Translations under genes and position numbers: made by a program
NCBI GenBank assembly: GCA_010093995.1
Contig: ML992502.1
Coordinates: forward strand, 1,646,312 to 1,710,311
From: Elsinoe ampelina
Lineage: Eukaryota
DNA: 64,000 nucleotides
Reading direction: 5' to 3'
Part shown: piece after piece, positions 25,152 through 37,751 of the stretch
Layout: each line of letters starts with the position of its first letter
How positions within the stretch are numbered: position 1 is the stretch's first letter
The notes under the pieces: model-generated
The model's input: the letters and a program-made list of their open reading frames with translations, nothing else
Told to the model about the DNA's origin: nothing
Database searches by the model: none

Positions 25152-28100
25152 TCAAAGAGCCAGTCCCGTCCCATCTCCCGTCCATCTGTACAAAGCAAGA
25201 ACTTCTCTTCGTCGTTGTTGCTGTTCGCCAAAGTCCTCTGGCATTCGTCCCTTGACCTGAGCAAGGGCTGATCGCATGACCTTGCGGAAGTTTCTCTGTG
25301 ACCAATCATCAGTACTGAGCCACGACGCGTCGTGAGATATCATGCTTACCTGGTATTCCGTGTTCAATGTCACGACGCACACCTCATGTGCCCTGACAAT
25401 AGTCTCGCATGCTTTGACCACACTGGGACTTGCCTCGCCCTGCAATTTGTCCGCAATGAGAAGGAGCAAGAAGCTGCCCTGCAGCAGGTAGATGCCAAAG
25501 AAGAAGGGCATGAAGCTGAGATCGGGGTCATACTCGAGGATGTCGCTGATAGCCTCGGCAGCCGAGACGGCATGCCCAGTGGCCGAGATGAAGGACTGCG
25601 AGCTTATCCAAAGATCATTGTCGTCCAGAAGCGAGATCGGATCCCATTTTCCGTTGAGCGCGATATACAGTGTGTGCATAAGATGTGTGCCATACGCGAC
25701 AACTATCCGCGTTTGCAACACGGCCTCGGTCATTCGTGCGGTCCCCGTGCTCGTCGACTGAACGGACGGACTGTTGTGGTCATGATGTGGATCCCCTTGG
25801 AATTGCTTGTCGATGCCATCCTGAGGCGGAATAAATCGAGCCTCAAAATCCTTGAGACTGCGTCCGTATGCTTCTAGCTGCTGACTGATCTCATTGATCT
25901 GCTCGTCCCATTCGTGGCCAGTCCTGAATCGCATGCCAAAGCGGGGATGATTCTTGGCGTGACTGATGTCGACAATTTCTCCGAGAATGGTCATGAGCGG
26001 CAAGAAGTAGCCGAAAATGCTGTGCCCAGTACACTCGAAGCATGGTCCACGCCTGCGAAAGTATAACGATTGCTCGTAATTTTCCGGAGGGTAGAAATCT
26101 CCTTGCTGCCAGACCGTGTCGTTCTCGGGCTGCAATAACCCGTCACACTCGACGTCGAGCAGGAACAGAGGTCGATTATAGCAGAGCGCTAAGTGTCGAT
26201 CAACAATGTAGAGCAGCCACCAAATGCGACGTCGTTCTTCCCGCTCTTCCTCGCCAACGACACCTGGCTGGGGCATGTTCGGGTGGAACGGTCGCTGTGC
26301 CTGGCCCTGCCCCTGGTGCTTAGCGTTCATGTCGTTGTCGACGCGGGTGGTAGTGTCCATGTCATCCTGATGGTTGTGTCGTGGGGGGTTCGGTGGTAAT
26401 TCCCTGCCAAGTTTGAGTTCTCGCGCCAATGACCACGCTGCGTTCCACCATCGAAGCGACGCAGCCTTGTACTCGCTTGCAGATACCACGGTAGCGAGAT
26501 TGATGTAGGTGATGACATCGTCGAGCGCTGCCGCGGCCCCGGTCGATCCGCCTTCGGTGTCATGTCCGGCGGCTGGATTCGCTACCCCAAAACCGCCAAG
26601 CGCCACACCATTGATGACGGAGTGTGCAGAATATGCACCTGACGTGTCATGTGTGGGTGTGTGCACCAATGGTCGAAGCAGACTGATGGTAAGCTCCAGC
26701 AGCTGATGGCAGATCTTACCCCTCTGTGAGGGTGGGGAGGTGAGGAAAGATGATTCGCTCGTTTGCGCTGCCACCCAAAGCATGCTAGCCAGTAGCGCTC
26801 TGCTGCAGGGGCGAGGATCTTGCTTGCGCAATACCGATCGTTTCCGAAGGACGAATCCGAGTATGTATGGTGAAGCTGGTTGGACAAAAGCCATAGAAGT
26901 GGTTGCAAAATACATGTCCAAGAGATCGCAGGCCAGAGAGACGGGGATGATGGATGAAATGCGTGGCAGCAGAGGTTTCAGGACCGGGTACCGAAGTGAT
27001 TGTTGCGTTTGCGACTGCTGGAGATGAGCGTAGATGCTAGCGGATGGAGATGGCAAGTCCAGCCACGCCGGCGATCCGCCATGTGGAGAGTTGCCCATTA
27101 AGTTACCACCACCTGACATGGGTGAGTCGCCGATCCGGAATTGATTGTTGAGGCCGCCGCCATGCTGGCTTTGTGGTGACGGGACAGTGTATGGATTTTG
27201 GCCGTATTGCTGTATGGGAGCGCCAGGGGTTTGCAGTACATTGCTATGGAGAACGTTCTGCTGTCCATTCATTGCCGGAGTGTTGTGCATGGCATTGCGC
27301 TGGTACTCGTCCATAGGCTGAAAGTCGACGCCAAAGGGTAAGCGATGGTTGACCATGTTGTGACTGTTCATATTTGAGACAGACAGAGCCTGTCCGTTAG
27401 TGAATTGCTGCCCAGGCATGGGGGTAGCTGCTGCGTCTGGCATGCCTGCTGCGGCGTTGTCGTTCGACATGACTGCGTTTGTGGCGGCATTCCGGTGTTG
27501 TGGTACTATGAAGGATGCCTCTCCTGCAGGCTGTGTAGCTGCGCTCTGGGTGCGTACGGGAGGAGCTGGGCGTCCAGTCCCATTCATACTCGACCGTCTC
27601 CGTTTTGCCGCTGATGAAGGAATCTCGCTCGTAGGAGGTCGTTGTCGGTCGGATCCAGATCTCGACGACTGCGGACTGCCTTGATCTACTTCAGCGGACG
27701 AGGCTCCAGATGCTGCAGCCGCAGCGGCCTGTTGAGCTGCAAGCTCCTTTCTCGACGCCTTGCCTCTCTTCTTTCGTTCCCTCGCATATTCGCAGGTGAG
27801 CCCAAATTCTAGATTTTTTGTCAGCTGCCGTTAGACATGCCTTCACCACTTCAACTCACCAACGCAATGTGCGCACGGAAACTTGCCGTCGCACTTCGTC
27901 CGTAGCTGATTGCACTGATCGCAAGCTCGGCTTATGCGTCTCCGTACTGGGCCATTCCCTGCCTTTCCAGGCTTTTGTTGTGAGCTCACGCTTTCCGTCC
28001 TCGCTTTGTGTACCTCCTCTTGTCCGGGTAGGTGCCCATGGCCCGGCTGAACGTTCAAATCGTACTGCTGGCCGTTCTGATAGTCGTTGTTTCGCATCTG

Positions 28101-28247
28101 CTGCAGAGCATATTGGGAGCCTGCGGCAAGCGCATCGAGTCCAGTGAGTGGTCTCCCATGCTGAAGTCCAGTAGGAGACTGGGAAGGTAAGTGCTGTCCC
28201 CCCAGACTGGCAAAGTCTGGTGAATAAGAATGGACCCCAGTAGACAT
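25152..28247 (-). CDS. xlnR: Xylanolytic transcriptional activator XlnR/Xyr1 (Zn2Cys6)
   Basis: [25 protein letters not shown] zinc cluster, [36 protein letters not shown]-terminal [18 protein letters not shown]. Introns 27859-27809 and 25349-25296. Start codon uncertain. Confidence 0.95.
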
Positions 28248-30186
28248 GATGTCCCGCACAGTCCACCAAGGTCAGAATCGAGTCGTCTGCGAGTGAACCC
28301 TAGCGCGAAGCCAGACCGAGGGGCTTATATGAAGATATATAAAGCGGAATCGGAAGCATGCATGACCGTGCGGATCGGCCTTGAAAGGTGACTCGGTGTA
28401 GTCACTCCGATTCGAGGTCGGGGGATAGTCGCATGATCCGGGGTAAGTGGTAGTCCGGGAGAGAAATGAAGTGCAAGAATTGGAGAAGTGCAGGCTGGCA
28501 AATAGCCACAGTCCAGAAAAGCAGATCTGGCTGGTGGCTTGGTCCGCTGCAGGTCGTATAGGTCGGTGTGCGCTAGACAAAAGGCAACTTATGGGGGGGA
28601 CTTGGGGGGAACTAGCGCTGGGACAGAAGAGATACAGAATCAAGACCGAGCGAGACGAGGAAATTGCGCTAGGTCGATTCCCTGGTTCGTCGCGGTGAGA
28701 GCGTGAAGTAGGGGTCCTACTTGATCCGTTTGGAGACAGCGTGAAGTGAGGTGGAGGAGGGTTTGAGTGGTGCAACTCTGTGAGGAGCCACAACGGGTAG
28801 AAGGAGACAAGCCAGAGAATGATGGCCCTTGAGCACTGAGCAACGACAAAACGGATAGATCGACGGGCCTGCCGTCCCCCGCAATCTGCCCATTTGGCAC
28901 TGCCGATGCATCATTCCATTTGTCTTTTTCACAAGGTTTTTTCACCCAGCGCCAGGCCAGGCAAGCGAACAGTTCAACAGGGGCCGTTCACGGTCCATTG
29001 TTCGGTAGGTGGCTTTCAGTCTTTCATCATCCATCTATCAGCAGTTTCCACTCCTATTCCAGTCCATCCGTGGTCCCACCTCTGATGAACCCCCCAGGCC
29101 CCGAGCCGCGCAACAAGAACCACAATCAGCAGTGGTCGCTGCACTGACAGGATGAGACCCACCCGCCTTGCATGCTTGCATACTGGCTTGCATTGAGCAA
29201 TCTGTCGCCGGACATGGGCAGGTCGAACGTCGAAGCTTGTCTGCCGTTGTGTGGCACTTGGCTGTTTAGACTTCCTTGTGAGATCAATGTGTGGTTGTGG
29301 CACTCTTTACGCTACAGCCAAATCGTGATTTATCGTTGCATGGCCGCCGCAATTTAATTCTCGGACAGGCGGATGGGCAGCACACATCGAACGTCTGCTT
29401 TGGGGGCCTGACTCGCGCGACCATGGTATGCCCGCGTGCAGCACTAGCGATTCTTCGCGCCGGCAAGCAGTCCGCAAACATTTCCTGAAAGGGTTCAGAC
29501 ACGATCACATCGTGTATCAGAAACGCGGTCAGAGACATCGTCACAGCCTGCAGGTACACTTGGACCTTGTGTCTTCTCGAAACGTCGCAGGGGTGTGGTG
29601 GCTTGCATGCACCAAACAGTGCGGGTGTACATGGCATGGCATCACACGAACCCGTGTCCAACCTCGACTTGAAAGGCCCCCCCAGATCAGCGACTCGACC
29701 AGCTACTTGGCTACAGACGTCAAGCCGCAGCACTTAGTCGCCGTAATCATCTGCACCCCGAGGAGCCAGCACTTTCCCCGTCAAAGTCTATCATCTCCAG
29801 GTAATTGATGCCACGCCATGGTGTGCATGATTCACACGGCCCGCTCTCGCCAAATTGACATGGCTCGGGTCGATCTATTGGTGCGCCGAAAAGGTAGATC
29901 GCATGTTCGCTCCAAATCTCGATTTTCCATTCGTTGGGCTACTTACGTTTTCTATGCTGACAGCGTACGACATTCCGCTGCCATCGATTGGGCGGAGCGA
30001 GTGCTCCGAAGACAGAAAATGGTTGTCAACCTCGGAGCGGCCATGTCAAATGATGGTGTCGCCACTCGACAATCACCTGTACAAGTTCTCGTGTACTCAT
30101 GCGCGCAAACGAGATGACGATGGTCAGGCATCTCGACCGTGTTCTGCATGCCATGTTGTCCGAAACCTGTAATATGTGCCGTATTG

Positions 30187-30236
30187 CACCGGTTAAAATC
30201 ACGCTATAGGGCTGATTTTAACCGGTGGGGGCTAAA
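30187..30236. promoter_or_regulatory. Cluster of XlnR/AraR-type sites in a perfect 15-bp inverted repeat
   Basis: CACCGGTTAAAATCA (30187-30201), 11-nt spacer, TGATTTTAACCGGTG (30213-30227). Each arm contains CGGTTAAA (CGGNTAAW); GGCTAAA at 30230-30236. Function inferred. Confidence 0.55.
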
Positions 30237-30379
30237 CCCTGACAGAGATATGACGACTGCTGCTTCAAATTTCTCTGCTGTACCAGCAGAAAGTGTCCAA
30301 CAGCTTGGATGCACCAAAAGGAAAAGCGCACATCCGATCCTGATCCACGTCCCGAATCAAGAACCACCATCTTGACGCC

Positions 30380-31908
30380 ATGATGGCTACTGAAACAATC
30401 ACAACAATCTCACCAGCCACAAATGCCCCAGTCGTCACTCGGCAAGGACCTTCTGCGGCGGAACTGCTAGAGCTACCCGTCAAATCAGCCAGAGCATTCG
30501 AAACCTATCGAAAGACTCCCCTCGCTGACCGACAGCACATTATCCGGAAAGCACTGGATTTGCTGCTCGAGAAGCAGGATGAGTTGGCCAAGGACCTCGT
30601 TGAGCAAATGGGGAGACCTATCGCTTTTGCCGCAAAAGAAATCACCACTGCCGTCGCCCGAGGTGAGTATCTGCTGAAAATCAGTGGCGATGCTCTGGCA
30701 GATACTCCTGGGGAGCCACAACAGGGTTTCAGGCGCTACATCAGGAAAGTCCCGCTGGGGCCTGTCCTGATCCTGTTCCCCTGGAATGTGAGTGCTATCA
30801 TCTGCACTCCGCCAGGGCCATCACACGTGCTAATTTCCGCTCCAGTATCCATATCTGACACTCATCAATTCTATCGTACCGGCCCTGCTATCTGGGAATA
30901 CCGTCATCATCAAACCGTCGCCTCAAACGCCGACTACAGCCGAGCACATTCATAGGATCTTCACCCAAGCCGGAGCTGCCGAGGATGTCGTTCAATATTT
31001 CCACTGCGGCGACTTTGCAAAGATAGAGCGCCTAGTTCGCGCCCCCGAGATCCACTTGGTTTGCTTTACCGGATCCGTCGCTGGTGGCTTGGCCGTGCAG
31101 AAGGCTGCGAGTGACCGCGTCGCAGTCCGCGTTGGTCTCGAGCTTGGTGGGAAGGACCCTGCTTACGTCCGGGAAGATGTTGACATTGAGTGGGCCGCCG
31201 AGGAAATCGTCGACGGCGCCGTCTTCAACTCCGGCCAGTCCTGCTGCAGCCTCGAACGCATCTACGTGCATGAGAGGATCCACGACAATTTCGTCGCAGC
31301 TGTGCAAAAAGTCCTCACTGGTTACAGACTAGGTGATCCAGCTGACAAGGAAACACATGTGGGACCTGTTGTATCGAAACGGTCAGCTGATACGATCCGT
31401 GCCCACATCCAGGATGCGCTCAGCAAAGGTGCCCAAGACGCCACGCCCGAAAACAAATCCTTTACGAACCCGCCCGAGGGCGGTAACTATGTTGCACCTA
31501 CCGTCCTGATCCATGTCAACCACGACATGACTGTAATGAAAGACGAGACGTTTGGTCCTGTGGTGCCAATCATGAAAGTCAAATCAGACGCCGAAGCCAT
31601 TGGTTTCATGAACGACAGCGAATTTGGCTTGACTGCAAGCATTTGGACAAAGGATGTGGAGAAAGGTCATTTGCTGGCCGACGACGTTGATGCAGGGACC
31701 GTGTTTGTCAATCGGGCCGATTACCCAAGCCCTGATCTCGCTTGGTACACATCTCACACATCCAAAGTTTCTGATCTTGGGACGTTCTTGCTGACTCGAA
31801 TTTAGGGTCGGTATCAAAAATTCTGGCAAAGGACAGACATTGTCCAAGTTCGGTTTCGACCAATTCTCAAAGTTAAAGTCATATCACATCAAAGACTATC
31901 CGAAATAG
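30380..31908 (+). CDS. Aldehyde dehydrogenase
   Basis: ILFPWNYP (across intron 30788-30845), IKPSPQTP, FTGSVAGG, LELGGKDP, NSGQSCCS, DETFGP, FGLTASIWT. Intron 31745-31805; ends KSYHIKDYPK-stop. Confidence 0.92.
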
Positions 31909-32954
31909 CCGAACAGGCTAAGCTACCCAACGGCTATGAACGACTATATAGAATGCGTTGCTTCCATCATCGGTAGAGGTCACTATAGACCTGTTGGAAG
32001 CGTGAATGACATTATGGGCTTTGATCGCGACCAGTGCTCTCAACCTGGCATATGCATCAACCATATCCGCAATACCTACATTCCTCATGATTCCGCCAGC
32101 GTGCGATAATAATCCTACCGGGCTCACAGTTCCGCCACACGTGGACGAAGCAAGGGATGACTTCTTGCATACGCATCACAATCTCAATCACCAACCTTCG
32201 ACGCGTTCCACAATGATCTTCCACGTGGAAAATCAAGGGAAGTCGTTTCACTCGTCGGCTGTATTCTCCGTGAGTAATTTGTCTCATTCTTTGGATGATT
32301 CTCATTCCGTGCTGGATGGAAACCTTGCTTTCATCGGTAAGCAAATACCATGCACCAGCTTGTCGAGCTTTTTGCTTTCTCACATCTCATCGTACGCTTT
32401 GCAGTTCAGTTCATCTATTTGCCTTTGTTTCATTTCGTGTTGTGTTAGGCGAGTATGTGGTCATCATGCAAGCATGCATGTATACGTTTTGTCGCTTGCT
32501 TCAAGGTTGATGCAGTCGACCAAAAGCCTATCGTCATTGTAAGTCTACCACCAGCACCGACGACAACTTCAAAAGCTAATCAAGATTACAGAGCCAGCCA
32601 TTTGATTTCCGCAAAGAAGACGGACATCAGATGTCCTGTTCTCTCCAAAAGTGAGTACGCCTGTTCCGTCACGGACCCTCCTCTTCCGGTCCATTCTTGG
32701 CAAGGCGCGATGTCAATCCAGAACATCACCTCTATACACCTTGGTACGCTATCCATCAGTCCGGAAGACAAACTGCATAATGAGGAGATACGCACGGTCT
32801 GGACGCTCTTTGCAACACCAGCGCCACTGGTAAACAACGCTTGAGATGTGGGTGGTAGCGACGAGGTCGATCACATCCCAACGACAAAGGCCAAGGAGAG
32901 TAATCCCAACAAAGTGATAGTAGTCTTTCGTGAGGTCATACTCGCAAGCCATGG

Positions 32955-33799
32955 ATGGAAACCACCACCAACAACGGACCTGCCTCTTTTTCAACCGCGA
33001 CATCGGTCATCTCATTCGCCACCTTTGTCCAGTATCCTGTGATGCCCACCACTCTCCTGGAGCGGCCCCTGGCTCTCTCCACGAATTCCCTATCCATGAG
33101 CATCACGAGCCTCTCGAGACGCCCGACTCCCCTACCCCCCACTCCCCGTCAATGTCCTGCCTCGCTTCCCATCAGAAACACATCAGATTCCCAAACCCCA
33201 ACTAACCACCTCCCAGCCACGCCTCCCCCCTAACCCACCACCCACCCTCTCGCCAACACCACCACCTCTCCCTCCTCCCCTCCCGCTCAACCCCTCTCTC
33301 CACCCCCCTCTCCACCCCCCCACCACCCCGCTTCACCATCCGCCCCAACGCCCCACCCTTGCACGCCCGCAGATCACCCCTCCCCTCCCTCCCCCTGCCG
33401 CTAGCCTTCAACAACCCCTCCTCCAACCCTTTCCACACGAACCATAGTTCTCGCTCCGATCTCTTGTTGCAGGATATCATGAACGGGAGTGCGGGGACAG
33501 GCGTCAGGGCGAGGGATTTCACGAGGGAGAGGTCGCGGACGAGGGGGGAGGAGGAGGAGGAGGTGGGGGGGAGGGGGGAGGGGGGAGGGTCAAGCGAGGG
33601 GGCAATGGGAAAGAGGAGCGCTAGGGGGGAGGATAGTCCGGTTGAGACGCCGGATGAGGAGAAGGATTTGGATTTTGGGTTTTTGTTGCCTTTGATACAG
33701 GGGAGGGAGGGGCAGGGTTCCTTCGGGGTGCCGGGGATTGGAGGGATGGGGGGCAGAGTGAGGGGGAGGGGGGATGGGGGTGGGGGGTTTCATGTTTGA
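32955..33799 (+). other. Possible low-complexity hypothetical gene (unresolved)
   Basis: Pro-rich then Gly/Glu-rich ORFs and a branch/acceptor (CTAAC..CAG, ~33202-33215), but no convincing donor or domain. May be an artefact of the local C/G skew. Confidence 0.2.
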
Positions 33800-34283
33800 T
33801 GGTGAGGGGAGGCAGAGGAGAGAGTGAGGTAGGGGGAGAGGAAGAAGAGCGAGGGACGGAGGGTCAAATGGAGGACGGTGTAATATGGTCAAGCATAGCG
33901 TGGTAAGGACTGGTGAAGCGAGAAGGATATGTAATGGTAATCACTAGCTGAATGAAACATCGTTGGCTGTACGATGAGCTGAAAAGTGAACGGCGCCCGG
34001 TGCAGGTCGCGCTCTCACGCCGCTGTCTTCAATAGCGATACCCCTGAAGGTCTTCGTCGAGTCACTATACTTCCTCGACGCCTCATCACAGCAGTCATAT
34101 CCACAATGCACCTTCGACGAAACTGGAGAAAGGTATTCCCATTATCCACACAAGAAGCCCTAGCTCTACATATCCAAACATCTACAAAGCCGATGAACCC
34201 ACGCTATGCACATGATTACCATTTCCCGTTTCCCATATTCCATTTACCAATCCTCAATACGATACCCAATCCCCACCTTCTCT

Positions 34284-36777
34284 TTAGAGAACAAAAGCCG
34301 CAAACAGCCCCAACACAACCGATGCAAAGCCGCTGCTCGCCGTCTTCTCCGCCCCGCCTGTAGCAGGAAACGTGCCTGTGGGACTGCTCGCGGATGGAGC
34401 AGGGGCATTGATGCTACTTGACCCGGTCGAGGGAGATGTCGAGGTTGTGGCGGAGGCCGATGAGGTGGTGGTGCTATTGCCGGATGCGCCTCCAGTACTG
34501 GTACCATTTGTCAGGGCAGTGCCAGCGTTGCCATCGGTCGAGTCTGCGCTGACCGACCCGGAGCCGCTTGCGCTCTGTCCCGTGGAGCCTGAACTTGACC
34601 CTGCCCCTGATATCGATCCTGAGCCTGAGCTTGCACCTGAAGATCCACCCGTTGTCTGCGCGGAGATGGCGGAGATGTACCCTCCCAGACCAGCCATGAT
34701 ATTCGCTCCAAGCCCGATCGTTTGTCTAGCCGGGACAGGGACGGTGCTGGTCCCGCCGGCCACGAATATGGTGCTGCCTTTGCTGTCTGTCGTGAGGACG
34801 ACAGGTGTAGGGGAGGCGCGAGTCCCGACATAGACGGTCTGGCCCGCGGAAAAGGTTTGGCCGTTGGGAGCGACGAAAGCTGAAGAAGTGGTGGGCGTGA
34901 AGGGGAGACCAGCTACGAGGACGGGAGCGGGCGAGGGTGAGGATGGGGAGAAGGGGACGTTGGGGTTGGATTGAGAACCGGATTGTGGTTGAGAACGGGA
35001 TGGTGGATTAGATTCTGGTGATAGAGAGCCAGATTGAGAAGCGCCAGGGGCAGGAGAGGGAGCGGGACGGCCTTGGTTGGCGATTATGCTGATGATGTTG
35101 CCGCCAGGGTTGGGAGACGTGTTGCTACTGGAACCTTGAGAGGGAGTCGTAATTCCTGCTGAACCTTGAGCAGGCGGTGTATTGCCAGTCGAGCCTTGAA
35201 CAGGGACTGCAATCGGCTGACTCTGCGCCGGTTGACCTTGCGCGGGTTGATTTGACGCGGGTGCAGCAGGTTGACCTTGTGCGGGTGCAGCGGCCTGTCC
35301 TCCTGCGGGTTGAGCAGGTTGATTCGGCTGTCCGGCTGCTGGCTGAGTGCCTTGCTGATTGCTAGGAACGTCTGCAGCAGGCGGTGCAGCAGGAACAGGT
35401 ATGGGATCGTCTGGAGTGGTTCCCGAACCAGTCGCGGGTGCTGCAGGCGCAGGCGCAGGCGCAGGCGCAGGTGCAGGTGATGGACCTGGGGTCTGTGCCG
35501 GCTTACCACCTCCAAGGATGATGCTGATTATGTTGCCGCCAATGTCAGATGGAGAGGCTTGCCCATTGGTAGGTTGAGCGGGCTGAGCTGGTGCTGCTGG
35601 TGCTGCAGGTCTAGGAGTTTCAAGCGCGCCACCGCCAGGAACCTCCGCGTTCGGGTCGCTGCTCTGGACAGGTCTCGTGGTCGGCACTTGGATTGGGCCC
35701 GGGGCAGGATCCTCTTCTACGGGGATAGGTGGACGACCTCCGCCTCCACCGCCAGTGCGTGAAGTGGTGGTCGGCGTCGGGGCAGGTGCTGGAGCAGGCT
35801 CGTTGAATGTCGGCCTCTGCAATTGACCGCCAGCAGGCGTGCCGGTCGCTGGTGACGCTGTGATTGGCGACTTTGGGTCCGAAATGACTGAAGTGGTGAC
35901 GCCAGGAATACTGGTCACCTGCGACTTATCGATGCGCGAGGTCTCGGTGATCGTCTCCAGGGAGGCGGCAAAGATGGCTGTAACAGGTAGAGGGCCTGTG
36001 TAGGCGCTACACGCAGTGAAAGCAGCCTCGCTAGGGAATAGAGAGGCATACTCTCTCTGACCGGGCAGTAAGCCACTTGTGGTGGTCCAAAGGAAGCCGT
36101 TCGGATCTTCAGCGTCGGACTTCTGTGGAGGTGCAGTCGGCGCAGGGGTTGGGAAAGTGATCCAAGTGCCAGAAGGTGCCCGCAGACACGTAGAAGCACC
36201 TCCCGCCGCAGTGGTAGGAATCGTACCATTGAGCCCATACCCGGTCGGTAGCCCCCAGAATTGGTCAGGGTATGTGAGGGCTCTCGTAGTGAACTCCACG
36301 CCGCACGGTAGTACACGGTCTGACCAGGTTGTCCTACAAGCACCAATCGTGGTTGTGACAACTGGGACTGTGATTTGCTGAACTCTTCGACCGTTGGGGG
36401 CTGTAGGAGGTATCGTCACTCCGGAGGGCAGGTCGGCATAGACCGTCTTTGTGCTTGTGGTATTGTCGTTGTCATTGATCACCTTGATGACTGTCGCGGC
36501 TGTGATGATGGCCGTCACTGACATTTTCTGCCATGATACCAAGTATCCCGCCCATGGTCTCGCATCGCAATCGGCTTCGCAGGCGCCTGGTGCCGGAGTC
36601 ACGGTTGTGGTAGTATCAGTAGTTGTCGGATCGAAAGTGAATCCTTGTGAAGTTGAGCTCGGGTCTGAGACAAGTTATGATTTGTGGATCTACGGTATTA
36701 GGGTAATGTATACCTTGTGCCAAAGTTTGTGCAGCAAGACCGAGCAGGCTCACTGTCGCCAACGCTAATCGTGCCAT
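34284..36777 (-). CDS. Secreted, probably GPI-anchored Pro/Ser/Thr/Gln-rich cell-wall protein
   Basis: Signal peptide MARLALATVSLLGLAAQTLAQ, intron 36713-36665, Cys-containing N-terminal domain, long low-complexity stalk, hydrophobic C-terminus TGGAEKTASSGFASVVLGLFAAFVL. Confidence 0.85.
35442..35479. repeat. (GCAGGC)n hexamer repeat encoding PAPAPA in the GPI protein
   Basis: gcaggcgcaggcgcaggcgcaggcgcaggtgcaggt seen directly. Confidence 0.85.
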
Positions 36778-37751
36778 CGCGAGTGTAGGAAAGGCAACCG
36801 TTTCGCCGACCGCACCTGAGAGAGAATGAAAGGACAAGAGAAAGGAAAAGTGAAGGGGAGCGCGAGTCGTAGTAAATTAGAGCAACATGGATCAGAGAAC
36901 CAACTAAAGCTGCCTTACCACTAACGATAGTAGCGCCACAAGTGCAGGCAAGACTACTAGGATCCGGCGTAGTGGATGCTACAAGGCGAGTAGTGGGAAC
37001 TCTGTGAAGACGAGCTGAACCTGTCAGCCAGAGCTCGACCACGCAGTGGCCATGTGGTGAGCCTAGGGATGTGTGAAAAGGCCGTCCGTGGGAGAGTACC
37101 GGCAGACGGCTTACCACATTTTGCACGGCGCGGTTCCTTGTGCAGAGTATGTCGGCGCGGTTCCTTGCATGTAGGCTTGGAAGAGTGAAAAGGTGCTTGT
37201 TGGGTTTCAGATGGGGAAAAGACGTGGTTGGTCAAGCTTTCTGCTCGCTTTTGCCCGCTCCGGATTTTGATTGCGCGCTTGCAGATCAATGACCCACTTG
37301 CGGCCTAATTTTAGGCCTGCTTGAGTAGCGCTTGCGAGTGCGCAAAGAGCTGTAGCCCGGGTTTTCTTGAGACGTGAAGTCGATGGTAGCGATCACTGTA
37401 GAGGCAGGTACTCTCATCGATCGTGGTATCAAGGTTTTTGGTGGACATTCTGTCATTTGTTCAAGTTCAGAGTATGTGATATGTATCGAAATGGTACAGT
37501 ACAGTCGTTTTGAGTTCAACCGAGCCACCCCGGGCTTGGCGTGTTGTACTCCGCGTCGACCTCTCGTTATCAAATTTAGCTAGCTAGAAGTCCATAGAGA
37601 ATACCGATAAATTAAAGCTAAAAAAAGGTGTAATAGTCGCTATACTACTCTAATTAGGTTATTACTGTCATAGTTAATTATTAGATAGCTAAATTAAAAC
37701 TAGTAGATATACAGTTCTTACTTACTAAAGGGTATACTAATTGTGCTATTT

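Noticed and set aside
28272..28793. 173-aa ORF upstream of xlnR
   Set aside because: Starts at a non-ATG codon and has no domain; likely pyrimidine-rich leader/promoter sequence.
28430..29110. Scattered SYGGRG (CreA-like) hexamers upstream of xlnR
   Set aside because: Plausible biologically but too degenerate to distinguish from chance by eye.
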